A DNA stretch of 64,000 bases from Dehalococcoidia bacterium. Lineage in GTDB: Bacteria > Chloroflexota > Dehalococcoidia > GIF9 > AB-539-J10. Position numbers and translations under genes: made by a program. Positions 39,720 to 50,257 of this stretch are shown in pieces. The stretch's first letter is position 1. Every line of letters starts with the position of its first letter. The notes beneath the pieces are model-generated. The model was not told where the DNA came from and did no database searches. It saw nothing but the letters and a program-made list of their open reading frames with translations. The stretch is taken from NCBI GenBank assembly GCA_030611085.1, contig JAUWQI010000001.1:32390-96389 (forward strand). The letters run 5' to 3'.

Positions 39720-40613
39720 TCAAGGGAGAGCAGTCTGTTCGCTCCCAAGCTCTAGACTGATATCTAAAGCCCTGGCTGAATGAGTAAGGGCACCAATGGA
39801 GATGAAGTTAACCCCAGTTTCAGCTACAAGCCGAACCTTATCTAAAGTAATACCACCGGAGGCTTCGATTAAAGCACGACCGTGAATCATCTTAACCGCC
39901 TGGCACATATCGTCAAGACTCATATTGTCCAGCATAATGATATCTGCCTTAGCCTCACTAGCCTCCAGGGCTTCTTGGGGAGTCTTGACCTCCACCTCGA
40001 TCTTTAACCGCCGTGAAGTGTTTTGCCGAGCTCTTGCTACAATATCCTTGATGTTTAATCCCCGGCTATGAAGCAATGCTAAATGATTATCCTTGATGAG
40101 AATACCATCGCCCAAATTCATACGGTGGTTTTCGCCGCCGCCGACTCTGACAGCATATTTCTCCAATAGTCTTAACCCCGGGGTGGTCTTTCTGGTATCC
40201 ATAATGCGCACCCGCAACCCTTTAGTAGCCTCCACATAGCGATTTGCCTCTGAGGCAATGCCGCTCAAGTGCTGAAGGAAATTCAGAGCCACCCTCTCTG
40301 CTCTGAGAATGCTGGTTGCATTGCCTTCTATTTTAGCTGCTATGTCTCCGGGCTTAACTTTAGAACCGTCTTCAAGAAGAATATCCACTTTTAACTCCGA
40401 ATCAACTCGATGAAAAACTCGCTTAGCTACTTCAATGCCAGCCAGAATGCCCTTTTCTTTTATGATAACAAAGCCTGTTCCCTGTTGGGCACTCGATATC
40501 AAAGCGTCGGTAGTAACATCACCGGAGCTTAGGTCTTCAGCTAAAGCGAGGGCAACAATCTTTTCAATTTGCACAAGGCTAAAGCCACACATTACATTCT
40601 TAGCTTTTAACAT
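39720..40613 (-). CDS. nadC: nicotinate-nucleotide (quinolinate) phosphoribosyltransferase
   Basis: LALAEDL...DVTT N-terminus and QPRTase C-terminal barrel; ORF-track start is GTG, ATG a few codons downstream used. Confidence 0.85.
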   Translation of the reverse strand: MLKAKNVMCGFSLVQIEKIVALALAEDLSSGDVTTDALISSAQQGTGFVIIKEKGILAGIEVAKRVFHRVDSELKVDILLEDGSKVKPGDIAAKIEGNATSILRAERVALNFLQHLSGIASEANRYVEATKGLRVRIMDTRKTTPGLRLLEKYAVRVGGGENHRMNLGDGILIKDNHLALLHSRGLNIKDIVARARQNTSRRLKIEVEVKTPQEALEASEAKADIIMLDNMSLDDMCQAVKMIHGRALIEASGGITLDKVRLVAETGVNFISIGALTHSARALDISLELGSEQTALP

Positions 40614-40626
40614 TTTCACCTTCACC

Positions 40627-42202
40627 TTAATTCTCTCCCGTCAAGGGAGAAGAGAGGAAAGTTATATGCCTTTGCCAGGCAGACGAGGTCTGAGGGAAAT
40701 CACTACGGAAGTGAGCACCGCGGCTCTCCTCTCGAAGCAAAGCAGCCTCGGTTACCAGCCTGGCACATAACACCAAATTATTTAGTTCGTAGGATTGGCG
40801 GTCAATAGGTTGAGACAAAGAGCGTTGCCAGGTAGCCAAAATGCCTGCAGCATTAGCTAGGCTTTCACCAGAACGAATAATGCCCACTTTGTCCCACATA
40901 AGAGACTGCAGACTAGGCAAATTAAGCGGTGGCACATTCTTTAGTCCTGAGTCTCTAGTCTTGAGTCTTGAGTCTTGAGTCTTGACTTCTTGACTCTTGA
41001 CTCTCGACTCCTGACTCCTTATGACAAGGAGCGGTAGTCCTTTCCGCCACTCGCTTACCAAAAACAACTGATTCAAGCAGTGAATTTGATGCCAGCCTGT
41101 TAGCTCCGTGCACGCCGGTGCAGGCAGTCTCGCCAGCAGCAAATAGACCGGAGATGTTTGTTTCACCCCAAGTATTCACTTTTACTCCTCCCATAAGATA
41201 ATGAGCTGCCGGGGCTACCGGGATGAGCCCTCTGGTAATATCCAAACCATGAGCCAAACAAAAGCGGTAAATATGGGGGAAACGAGTGGTGATTAGCCGA
41301 GGTGGTAAATGGGTGACATCCAGAAATACTCTATCACTTCCTGTCTTTCTCATTTCGTAGACAGTGCTGCGGGCTACTATATCCCTTGCCGCTAGCTCGG
41401 CTTCAGCAACGTAGTTTGGCATAAAGCGGTAGCCTTCCACATTTCTAAGTATGCCACCCTCTCCCCTTACCGCCTCGGAGATGAGGAAGGGAGCCACTCC
41501 GGGCAGGCGAAGAACAGTGGGGTGGAATTGGAAAAATTCCATATCGCTGATTCCAGCCCCAGCCTTAAAAGCTAGAGCTACGCCATCGCCAGTAACCACA
41601 TCAGAATTGGTACTATATTTAAACAGGCGCCCAACCCCCCCAGTAGCTAAAATGAGAAATTGGCAGCTATATTCCTCCACTAAGCCAGTTCGGCAATCAA
41701 GTGACTTCACGCCTTTTACCTTGTTGCCCTCTACCAAAATCTCGCTAGCCAAACAATCCTCTAAAATCTTGATTGAGCTTGACCTCACTTGCTGGCTTAG
41801 GGAAAGCTCAATATGCTCGCCTGTGGCATCTCCACCAGCATGGATGATGCGCGGGGTACTATGAGCTGCTTCTCTAGTCAAAGTAATTTCACCATTTAAG
41901 GTATCGAAAGGGACTCCAAATCTGATTAAGTCAGCAATGCACTCAGCGCCCTCTTCAGTCAAAATACGCACCGCTTCAGCATCGCATAAGCCATCACCGG
42001 CAGCCATAGTATCTTTGAAGTGAAGCTCAGGAGAGTCATCCTTGCTCATAGCAACAGCAATACCACCTTGAGCATACTTAGTATTGCAGTCATCAATGTT
42101 GCCTTTAGTCAAGATAAGAACGCTGCCTTGCTTTATAGCAAGCAAGGCGATGTAAAGGCCAGCAATGCCGCTGCCCACTATAATGTAGTCGTAGTGATTC
42201 AT
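40627..42202 (-). pseudogene. nadB: L-aspartate oxidase NadB interrupted by a +1 frameshift within a heptanucleotide tandem repeat (or sequencing error)
   Basis: N-terminal 415-aa ORF (FAD GSGIAGL, RHAGG) and C-terminal 125-aa NadB segment lie in different frames overlapping across 40944-41021. Confidence 0.7.
40944..41021. repeat. heptanucleotide tandem repeat (GTCTTGA and variants, ~10 units, one 8-nt unit) inside nadB
   Basis: directly visible; coincides with the nadB frame switch. Confidence 0.9.
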
Positions 42203-42366
42203 CTTTTTCTCACCCTCACCCTAAACTTAAATCCTAAATTCTAATTTCTAAACTCTAAACAAATTCAAAATTCCAAATCCAAAGGCTCAAAATAGTTTAG
42301 AATTTTGAATTTTGGTCATTTGCATTTGTTTCGGATTTAGTGCTTAGTATTTCGTATTTCCTCCCA
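42203..42366. repeat. family-3 AT-rich foldback element (TCTAAATCCTAA / TTAGGATTTAG motifs) in nadA-nadB spacer
   Basis: long imperfect palindrome; related copies 29480-29560, 29691-29775, 52026-52102. Confidence 0.75.
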
Positions 42367-43293
42367 TCAGGTTATGTCCAGCATCTTATCAATAGCTTGC
42401 TTAGCTCTTATTCCTATTTCCTCGGGGACAGTGACCACATTGCTCCTTGTTTGCATAGTCTCTATAACTGTTTCCAGCGTTGTTTTTTTCATATCGGGGC
42501 AGATAAAGCCATCTGAGATGAGGTGGAACTCCTTGTCTGAATTTTGCTCCCTCAAGGAATGTAGTATTCCTTCCTCGGTGCCAATGAGAAAAACTTTATG
42601 GTTGCTTTGCTTAGCATAGCGAAGCATCTGTGAAGTGCTGAGAGCGGCATCAGCTAAGTCTATAACCTCGGGGCGACATTCAGGATGAACTAAGACCTTA
42701 GCTTGGGGATACCTTTGCTTAGCCAATTTGACTTCCTCCGCAGTAAGTTTGGCATGGGTATTGCAGAAGCCAGGATAAAGAATCATTTTCTTACTGGTCT
42801 TGGTGGAAACATAGTGCCCTAGATTTTGGTCGGGAACAAAAAGAATTTCCTCACTAGGCACTGCATCCACTACTTCAACTCCGTTAGCTGAAGTACAGCA
42901 AAAATCGCTTTCTGCCTTAACCGCTGCTGTAGTATTGACATAAGCCACCACGGCAGCTTCAGGATATTTCTCTTTCCATTGCCTTAACCTCTCAACATCA
43001 ATCATATCGGCCAAAGGACAGCCAGCATCAGCGTGAGACAAAAGCACGGTGGAGGATGGGTTAAGGATAGCTGCCGTCTCAGCCATAAAACGAACTCCAC
43101 AGAAGACAATTGTCTCCGCTTTATTTCCAGCACACTTCCGCGCTAGCTCCAGAGAATCACCGGTGAGGTCGGCTATATTTTGAACCTCAGGCCGCTGATA
43201 ATTATGAGCTACAATAATAGCATTAAGCTCCTTTTTTAGCTCCAAAACCTTCTGCTGGAGCTCTTCCAGTCCAAACATTGCTTCAGTAGCCAC
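42367..43293 (-). CDS. nadA: quinolinate synthase
   Basis: IVAHNYQ..., three-Cys NadA architecture. Confidence 0.9.
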   Translation of the reverse strand: MATEAMFGLEELQQKVLELKKELNAIIVAHNYQRPEVQNIADLTGDSLELARKCAGNKAETIVFCGVRFMAETAAILNPSSTVLLSHADAGCPLADMIDVERLRQWKEKYPEAAVVAYVNTTAAVKAESDFCCTSANGVEVVDAVPSEEILFVPDQNLGHYVSTKTSKKMILYPGFCNTHAKLTAEEVKLAKQRYPQAKVLVHPECRPEVIDLADAALSTSQMLRYAKQSNHKVFLIGTEEGILHSLREQNSDKEFHLISDGFICPDMKKTTLETVIETMQTRSNVVTVPEEIGIRAKQAIDKMLDIT

Positions 43294-43295
43294 TT

Positions 43296-44588
43296 TTAGT
43301 TTTCATCTCCTTTGCTTACATCATGATATCTTTCGAGTTTCCAAATCCAGCAAGCTACGAATCTTCTTAGAGCTCTTGCTGCCCTATCGGGTGAAGGGAA
43401 AACGTGTATACCCTGGTTAATAATATATTTTCTTATCTCGGCAATGGCACTCCGCTCATTACTAATCATCCTCACCAAATTCACGGGTAAGATGGGTGCT
43501 TTTGGGAGGATAGATGCGTCTACAGGGTTTCTAACCCAATCCCAAGCTTCTGGAATTTCCTCCTTAAGTTTCTCTCTTACTACAGGAGATAGGTCTGGCA
43601 GTTGGAGGCCTTCTTCCTCCCACACATCAGCTGCAATCACGCTTTTCCCTCCTCCACCTCCAGCAATAATCGCCTTTTTCCCTGTGATAGGCGGCAAGAA
43701 AGAGAAAACTACAACTTGGTCTACTAACTCCTGAAAGTTATGGACTGTAGTAGCACCGTACTGTTTTGATATCGCTGTCCAAATCTTCATAGAGCCTGTC
43801 AGTGATGCCGTGTGAGAGAACGCTAACTTCGACCCAACTCTTTCCCTTCCTCCCTTGAGTATTATAACTGGTTTCCTCATTGTGGCATATGATAAAGCCT
43901 GAATAAACTCCCGCCCATCTTTAGCCCCTTCGATGTAGGCAGCAATCAATTTTGTTTCAGGGTCCTGAGCAAAGTAATATAATAGCTCAGTTTCATTCAT
44001 ATCCAAAGCATTGCTATAGCTTATCACCTTGCTGAAGTGGACTCCTCGTAAAGCAGCATACCGAACAAATTCTCCCGCTCCTCCACCGCTCTGAAAAAAT
44101 CCTCTGACGAATCCACCTTCCTTTGGCAAATCAAGGTTAAAGGAGAGTCCAATTTGGGGATAGTAAATACCCATACAATTTGGCCCCAGAATTCTCATAC
44201 TGTAACTTTTAGCTTTTTCTAAGATTTCGCGTTCGAGCTTTGTTTTTTTGTCTCTTCCTGTCGCTCTCATCCTCCCTGTGAAAAGATAGATAAGCTTAAC
44301 ATTTTTAGTTTTGCAATCTTTGAGGAGAGCTAAAACTCCTTCAGCGGGTATGCAGCAAATAACATAATCTACCTTTGGCTCAGGAATGTCTCTAAGGCTT
44401 GGGTAGGCCCTAAGGTCGAGAGCCTCATTCGCCCTTGGGTTTATGGGATATATCCTGCTCGTAAAGTTATAGTCTATAAGGTAGCGGGTAAAGTCGTATC
44501 CGCCCGAGGTGGGGGTCGAAGATGCTCCCTCAATAGCAACAGAATTTGGGTGGAAAAGTACATCAAGATTGGTGAAATCCTCAAACAC
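43296..44588 (-). CDS. CoA-binding domain protein (NDP-forming acyl-CoA synthetase alpha-like)
   Basis: succinyl-CoA-synthetase-like CoA-binding and ligase-CoA domains; translationally coupled to nadA. Confidence 0.55.
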   Translation of the reverse strand: MFEDFTNLDVLFHPNSVAIEGASSTPTSGGYDFTRYLIDYNFTSRIYPINPRANEALDLRAYPSLRDIPEPKVDYVICCIPAEGVLALLKDCKTKNVKLIYLFTGRMRATGRDKKTKLEREILEKAKSYSMRILGPNCMGIYYPQIGLSFNLDLPKEGGFVRGFFQSGGGAGEFVRYAALRGVHFSKVISYSNALDMNETELLYYFAQDPETKLIAAYIEGAKDGREFIQALSYATMRKPVIILKGGRERVGSKLAFSHTASLTGSMKIWTAISKQYGATTVHNFQELVDQVVVFSFLPPITGKKAIIAGGGGGKSVIAADVWEEEGLQLPDLSPVVREKLKEEIPEAWDWVRNPVDASILPKAPILPVNLVRMISNERSAIAEIRKYIINQGIHVFPSPDRAARALRRFVACWIWKLERYHDVSKGDEN

Positions 44589-44653
44589 GGCTCTTAATCC
44601 AGTTCTTTAGTTTGTTTGGGATTGCTTATCTATCTAGATTTCAAACTAACATA

Positions 44654-44947
44654 TTACTTCTCTGTTAATTGTTTATCGCCTTGCTTGCCGAGTATGCTAC
44701 TTCTGGCTATCCTCATTGTTGCCCCAGATTCTATTTTCAAAATCACAGAATCCGCACTAACACTTTCAATTTGTCCGTAGATTCCACTGCTGGTAATTAC
44801 TTTGTCTCCCTTTCTTAATTCCTTCATCATCTCTTGTTGTGTCTTCTGTTGCTTTTGCCGCGGTCTGATCATGAGAAAGTAAATCATTGCAAAAAACAAT
44901 ACCAGAATGAGAATTGGGTAAATTGAGCTTAAGCCTTCACCGTCCAT
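44654..44947 (-). CDS. yajC: preprotein translocase subunit YajC
   Basis: single TM then MIRPQ(R)KQQK motif. Confidence 0.8.
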   Translation of the reverse strand: MDGEGLSSIYPILILVLFFAMIYFLMIRPRQKQQKTQQEMMKELRKGDKVITSSGIYGQIESVSADSVILKIESGATMRIARSSILGKQGDKQLTEK

Positions 44948-44961
44948 GTTCCCTCCTTATT

Positions 44962-46311
44962 TCAAAGTATAATTTTGCCTTGCAGCGCCCAAGGGCTGCT
45001 TTTGTCAACTTTAACTTTCAACAATTGACCAAGATAGCCAGCATCGTCTTCAAAGAAGACCAGCTTATTACTCCTAGTGCGTCCATACCACTTATCTTTC
45101 TTCTCACCTTCCACCAGTACCTGCACTATCTTTCCCTGAAGCTGTGAGTTTATTTCAGAAGCTATGCTTGCTTGGAGGTCTTCAATTTTATTGAGCCTTT
45201 TCCTCTTAATCTCTGGAGGAACATTATCTTTGTATTTCTGCGAGGCGATAGTGCCAGGACGAGGCGAGTAAGCTGCCACATGAACAACATCAAACCTTAA
45301 TTCTTGGAGTAACGAAAAGGTATGTTCAAATTGCTCCTCCGTTTCTCCAGGGAAGCCAACGATAACATCGGTGCTTAAAGATACTTCAGGGATATGGCAC
45401 CGAACAGTATGGATAAGTTCACGATATTGTTCCACGGTGTATCCCCGTCTCATGGCTCTCAGTATATCATCATCGCCTGCCTGAATGGCTAACTCCAGGT
45501 GTTCACAAACCTTATTCAGGGAAGCTACAGCCCCAATGAGCTTCGGGCTCATGTCTTTAGGATGGTTTGTCAGGAAGCGAATTCTGACCAAGTTATCGAT
45601 GCCATTTAGTCTAGCTAGTAAGTCAGCCAAGTTGGGTTTCCCAGGCAAATCATGTCCGTAAGAGTCAACATTTTGTCCCAGCAAAGTTATCTCTTTTACA
45701 CCACGCTTCACCATTTCTTCAACCTCGCAGACTATTTCCTCTACAGGGTGACTTACCTCCTTACCCCGCCGATAAGGAACAATACAGTAAGAGCAGAAAT
45801 TATCACAGCCTTGAATAATGGGAACAAAGGCACATGGTAAGGAAGTCCCCAAAGTGTCATTGTGAGCCCTGCGCTCCTTGTTATTCTGAGGGAGCGAAGC
45901 GACTGAAGAAGCTCGCTCAGGGCAGGCTCCGCAAAGCAATCCTTGCTCAGCAACAAAAATACCTTGCCCTTTAGCCCAATCAATTAACTCGGAATAAGCC
46001 CCGGGCTTAAAGAAAAAATCAACCTGGGGAAATTGACTCTTTAACCCCTCAATATCGGAATCGACAAAGCAGCCAGTAACCAATATAGAGAGATTTGGGC
46101 GTTTCCTTTTCAAGCCCTGTAGTCCATTTAGGGTGCCTAGAACTTTATCTTCGGCGCTTTGCCTCACTACGCAGGTGTTGAGCACTATTAGATTGGCTTC
46201 TTGAAAAGAAGCTGTAGCCTGATAGCCAGCAGAATCCAGATAACCAGCTATATGCTGTGATTCCGCCTTATTCATCTGGCAGCCTATAGTCCAAATAGAA
46301 TAACGTGACAT
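44962..46311 (-). CDS. miaB: tRNA methylthiotransferase MiaB-family radical SAM enzyme
   Basis: MTTase N domain; radical SAM Cys cluster CSYC (CDNFCSYC, the CxxxCxxC motif) and TRAM domain; in-frame family-1 insertion at 45855-45950. Confidence 0.85.
   Translation of the reverse strand: MSRYSIWTIGCQMNKAESQHIAGYLDSAGYQATASFQEANLIVLNTCVVRQSAEDKVLGTLNGLQGLKRKRPNLSILVTGCFVDSDIEGLKSQFPQVDFFFKPGAYSELIDWAKGQGIFVAEQGLLCGACPERASSVASLPQNNKERRAHNDTLGTSLPCAFVPIIQGCDNFCSYCIVPYRRGKEVSHPVEEIVCEVEEMVKRGVKEITLLGQNVDSYGHDLPGKPNLADLLARLNGIDNLVRIRFLTNHPKDMSPKLIGAVASLNKVCEHLELAIQAGDDDILRAMRRGYTVEQYRELIHTVRCHIPEVSLSTDVIVGFPGETEEQFEHTFSLLQELRFDVVHVAAYSPRPGTIASQKYKDNVPPEIKRKRLNKIEDLQASIASEINSQLQGKIVQVLVEGEKKDKWYGRTRSNKLVFFEDDAGYLGQLLKVKVDKSSPWALQGKIIL
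45855..45950. repeat. family-1 element in frame in miaB
   Basis: GTCATTGTGAGCC...GTTATTCTGAGGGAGCGAAGCGACTGAAGAAGCTCGCTCAGGG inside ORF. Confidence 0.85.
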
Positions 46312-46380
46312 AGGGTAACCTCACCTCTTTTAGTTTCTATTAATTATAGTTAAAATATATAATTTAGGGAAGCGAAGAGC

Positions 46381-47112
46381 ATGGAAGTTAAGAGCCAAGA
46401 GGGTCATAGGGGGAGGTTACGAGAGAAATTCAACCAATCGGGACTTTCAGCGTTCCTCGACTATGAAATTGTGGAACTGCTGTTAGCCCTAGGGACAGCT
46501 CGTAGGGATTGTAAACCACAAGCAAAGGAAGCAATAGAGAGGTTCAAAACCTTAAGAGGGGTTTTACAGGCTTCTCCCGAGGAACTGCAGGAAATCGAGG
46601 GGATTAGTCCTTATAATACTTTTGTAATCAAGCTCGTGCAGGAGATATCCAGAGAATTCCTCAAGGAGCAGATTCTTAATAAACCCTATTATAAATCTTC
46701 CAAAGAGGTCTTTGCCTATCTAGATCACTCTATGCGAGGTCTTAAAAAAGAGACCTTCAAAGTTATGTTCCTAAATGCCCAAAATCAAATTATCAAGGTG
46801 GAGGACCTCTTTGAAGGAACATTAAATGCCAGCGCTGTCTATCCCCGGGAAGTTATTGAAAAGGCTATCAAGCATAGTGCCGTTGCCCTAATTTTCGCCC
46901 ACAACCACCCTTCAGGGAACCCCGAGCCTAGCGACAATGATAAACAAATAACCAGGGAGTTAGTCTTCGCTGCTAACATTATGCAAATGAAAGTCTTAGA
47001 CCATATCATCATAGGAGGTAACAGCTATTTTAGTTTTGCCGATGAAGGGCTAATTGAGGAATATAACCTGAGCTTCTTAAGCCTTAGTATTAGTAGGGGA
47101 AGAAACGTTTAA
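46381..47112 (+). CDS. radC: RadC-family JAB-domain protein
   Basis: HNHPSG JAMM motif, N-terminal HhH. Confidence 0.85.
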   Translation: MEVKSQEGHRGRLREKFNQSGLSAFLDYEIVELLLALGTARRDCKPQAKEAIERFKTLRGVLQASPEELQEIEGISPYNTFVIKLVQEISREFLKEQILNKPYYKSSKEVFAYLDHSMRGLKKETFKVMFLNAQNQIIKVEDLFEGTLNASAVYPREVIEKAIKHSAVALIFAHNHPSGNPEPSDNDKQITRELVFAANIMQMKVLDHIIIGGNSYFSFADEGLIEEYNLSFLSLSISRGRNV

Positions 47113-47266
47113 ACCATACTTTGGGATAGCATGCAAAGTTATTATGGACTTCTTCTTCAAAAAGGACTGAGGGCTACGGGTACCCCTAGTGTGTGCTGGA
47201 TATGGGCAGATAGTTTTGATTTTTCCTTCTATTTGCTTTATACTTTTTAGTTAGCACCGAGGGAAC

Positions 47267-48151
47267 ATGCTAGAAAAGGGCAATTGGAAAGTTAAAACTG
47301 GGTTGGCTCAGATGCTGAAGGGAGGGGTAATTATGGATGTAGTCACCCCGGAGCAAGCCAAAATTGCTGAGGATGCTGGTGCTTGTGCCGTCATGGCGTT
47401 GGAGCGGGTGCCCGCGGATATTCGTGCCTCTGGTGGAGTAGCTCGCATGGCTGACCCCAGCATAATTTCAGCTATAATGGAGACAGTAAGCATACCAGTA
47501 ATGGCAAAATGTCGCATTGGGCACTTCGTTGAAGCTCGGGTGTTGGAGGCATTGGGCGTTGATTTCATTGATGAATCTGAGGTACTCACTCCCGCCGATG
47601 AGAGCCATCATGTTTGGAAACACGATTTCAAGGTTCCTTTTGTCTGTGGCTGCCGTGACTTAGGCGAGGCGTTGCGTCGCATTGCTGAAGGAGCAGCTAT
47701 GATTCGAACTAAAGGAGAGGCGGGGACAGGCAATATTGTTGAGGCTGTGCGGCATATGCGGGCAGTTCAGGATGGAATTCGCAGGCTTCAAGCTTTGCCT
47801 GAGGAGGAGTTGGTAGCTGAGGCAAAGGCCATGGGTGCCTCTCTGGAGTTAGTGATGGAAGTACACAATACGGGAAAGCTACCAGTGGTAAATTTTGCTG
47901 CTGGCGGCATAGCTACGCCCACCGATGCCGCTTTAATGATGCAATTGGGGGCTGAAGGTGTATTCGTTGGCTCGGGGATTTTCAAATCCAGTGACCCTGC
48001 GCCCAGGGCACAAGCTATCGTTAAAGCCACCACCCACTATCAAGACCCAGCTATTATCGCCGAGGTATCCAAGGGCTTAGGAATTGCCATGCCTAGCCTA
48101 GATATAAAACAAATCCCAACTGAGGAATTGTTAGCCACTAGAGGGTGGTAG
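47267..48151 (+). CDS. pdxS: pyridoxal 5'-phosphate synthase lyase subunit PdxS
   Basis: near-invariant PdxS sequence (GGVIMDV..., AAGGIATP). Confidence 0.95.
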   Translation: MLEKGNWKVKTGLAQMLKGGVIMDVVTPEQAKIAEDAGACAVMALERVPADIRASGGVARMADPSIISAIMETVSIPVMAKCRIGHFVEARVLEALGVDFIDESEVLTPADESHHVWKHDFKVPFVCGCRDLGEALRRIAEGAAMIRTKGEAGTGNIVEAVRHMRAVQDGIRRLQALPEEELVAEAKAMGASLELVMEVHNTGKLPVVNFAAGGIATPTDAALMMQLGAEGVFVGSGIFKSSDPAPRAQAIVKATTHYQDPAIIAEVSKGLGIAMPSLDIKQIPTEELLATRGW

Positions 48152-48187
48152 GGTGGAAATAAGCATCTTAGTAGCCCTACAATAAGG

Positions 48188-49555
48188 ATGCGAAAGGTAA
48201 TTACTGACGATTTAAACGCGTTACTTGATATTTTGCCCTCACATATCCGAGAGCCACTTTACCAACAGTCTGACCGCAGTGAATTATTAGAGGTAATCTT
48301 AGATTTAGGGCGTCTTCCCGGAGCTCGCTTCCCCCATCGCGAGCTAGTCCTCAACTCTGGAGAGGTAAGCCAAGCTGATATTGATTATGTGGTATCCCGT
48401 GTTGGCGACTTCACTGGTGATAACCGTGCTGGGATTGAACGCACCCTCCATCGTATTTCAGCCATACGCAGCAGAAACGGATATATAATTGGTTTAACCT
48501 GCCGTGTAGGCAGGGCTGTATTCGGCACTGTAAGGATGATTCAAGACCTCATTGAATCCGGCAAGAATGTTTTGCTTTTGGGGCGACCGGGAGTAGGCAA
48601 AACAACTATGCTACGGGAAGTGGCCCGAGTGCTAGCTGATGACTGCAAAAGACGTGTTATTGTCATTGATACCTCCAATGAAATTGCTGGTGATGGCGAT
48701 ATTCCCCATCCTGCCATTGGTCATGCACGGCGAATGCAGGTAGCTACTCCAGCTAGACAGCATGCGGTAATGATTGAAGCGGTAGAAAATCACACGCCTG
48801 AGGTCATTATCATTGATGAAATAGGCACCGAACTGGAAGCCCAAGCAGCTCGGACTATCGCTGAGCGTGGGGTGCAACTGGTAGGTACAGCACATGGGAA
48901 TACATTAGATAACCTGATAATGAACCCTACCCTAGCTGACCTTATCGGTGGTATCCAAACAGTTACCTTAGGTGATGAAGAGGCAAGGCGACGCCACACA
49001 CAAAAATCCATTCTGGAGCGGAAGGCACCGCCTACCTTTGATGTGATTGTGGAAATCATGGATTATTACAAAGTAGCTATCCACCCTGATGTGATTGATG
49101 CTGTAGATGCTACTTTGCACGGGCGACCCACTCAAACGGAAATCCGATGGATGGATGAAAATGGTGAGGTGAAAAAGGAAGAGATGATGCTACCCTCTAT
49201 GGTAGAAAACAATCAGAAGCTTATCCCCAGTGAAGCTAAAGAACCGGGAAAGCCATTACGGTTTTACCTCTTCGGTACTAATCGCTCTCGGTTGGAGCAA
49301 GTTGCCAGAGAAAAACAGAAAAACTTAAAAATCATAGCCGATCTTAAACAAGCTGACCTTTTCCTTACTACACGAAGTTATTACCGCCGTAAGCCACAAA
49401 AAATAAGGGATGCTGAAGCACTGGGTATACCAATCTATGCCCTTAAGAGCAATGACGCCGCTCAAATGCGGCAATGTCTGGACACTATTTATTCTGTTGA
49501 CACTTCTGCTTATACTCACCATCTACAACATTTCCTAGCCGAGCATCATGGTTGA
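48188..49555 (+). CDS. P-loop ATPase with C-terminal R3H-like domain (Ycf45/SpoIIIAA-like)
   Basis: Walker A LLLGRPGVGKTT, Walker B IIIDEIG, length 455 aa. Confidence 0.6.
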   Translation: MRKVITDDLNALLDILPSHIREPLYQQSDRSELLEVILDLGRLPGARFPHRELVLNSGEVSQADIDYVVSRVGDFTGDNRAGIERTLHRISAIRSRNGYIIGLTCRVGRAVFGTVRMIQDLIESGKNVLLLGRPGVGKTTMLREVARVLADDCKRRVIVIDTSNEIAGDGDIPHPAIGHARRMQVATPARQHAVMIEAVENHTPEVIIIDEIGTELEAQAARTIAERGVQLVGTAHGNTLDNLIMNPTLADLIGGIQTVTLGDEEARRRHTQKSILERKAPPTFDVIVEIMDYYKVAIHPDVIDAVDATLHGRPTQTEIRWMDENGEVKKEEMMLPSMVENNQKLIPSEAKEPGKPLRFYLFGTNRSRLEQVAREKQKNLKIIADLKQADLFLTTRSYYRRKPQKIRDAEALGIPIYALKSNDAAQMRQCLDTIYSVDTSAYTHHLQHFLAEHHG

Positions 49556-50187
49556 GGCGAATTTTGAGCTTATTTATTACATTTGAAGGTGGTGAAGGCT
49601 GCGGCAAGAGCACACAAGCCAAGGCTCTATATAGGAAGTTATGTCAGCAGGGTATCCCTGTGGTATTAACTCATGAGCCTGGTGGCACTACTCTAGGTAA
49701 CGAGATAAGGAAATTGCTTAAGAGAAAACAAGAGAGCTCCATTTCACCTCAAGCTGAACTGCTCCTCTTCGCCGCTTCTCGTGTCCAGTTGGTAGCCGAG
49801 GTAATTTGCCCCGCTTTGGAAGAAGGTAAAGTAGTCATCTGTGATCGTTTCGCTCACTCTACCCTTGTTTATCAAGGCTATGGGCGAGGGCTTGATTTAA
49901 CTACTGTAGAGATGGTTAACAATCTAGCCGTGCAGAATCTCAATCCAGATACCGTTATTTTCCTAGACATATCCCCTGAGCAAGGGTTAGCACGAAAGCG
50001 AGCTCCGAAAGACCGCTTTGAGTTAGAGGATTTATCGTTCCACCGCCGAGTAAGAGAAGGGTATCTTAAAGCAGCGGTGGCTGACCCCAACCGCTGGCTG
50101 GTGATAGATGCTACACTACCGAAAAGGGAAATCGCCAAAATTGTCTGGGGGGAAATAAGCCAGCTGTTATCTAACTTGGCATTGTAA
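49552..50187 (+). CDS. tmk: thymidylate kinase
   Basis: FITFEGGEGCGKST P-loop and LID region. Confidence 0.9.
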   Translation: MRRILSLFITFEGGEGCGKSTQAKALYRKLCQQGIPVVLTHEPGGTTLGNEIRKLLKRKQESSISPQAELLLFAASRVQLVAEVICPALEEGKVVICDRFAHSTLVYQGYGRGLDLTTVEMVNNLAVQNLNPDTVIFLDISPEQGLARKRAPKDRFELEDLSFHRRVREGYLKAAVADPNRWLVIDATLPKREIAKIVWGEISQLLSNLAL

Positions 50188-50257
50188 ACTTTTTCCCTGT
50201 TGTCATTGTGCGACCTTCGCTTATTGTCATTCTGAGCGAAGCGAAGAATCTGAAGAT

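Noticed and set aside
40627-41166. Separate 179-aa gene downstream of a truncated nadB
   Set aside because: Its N-terminal 60 aa are out-of-frame nadB sequence and the remainder is the nadB C-terminal domain; treated as one frameshifted gene.
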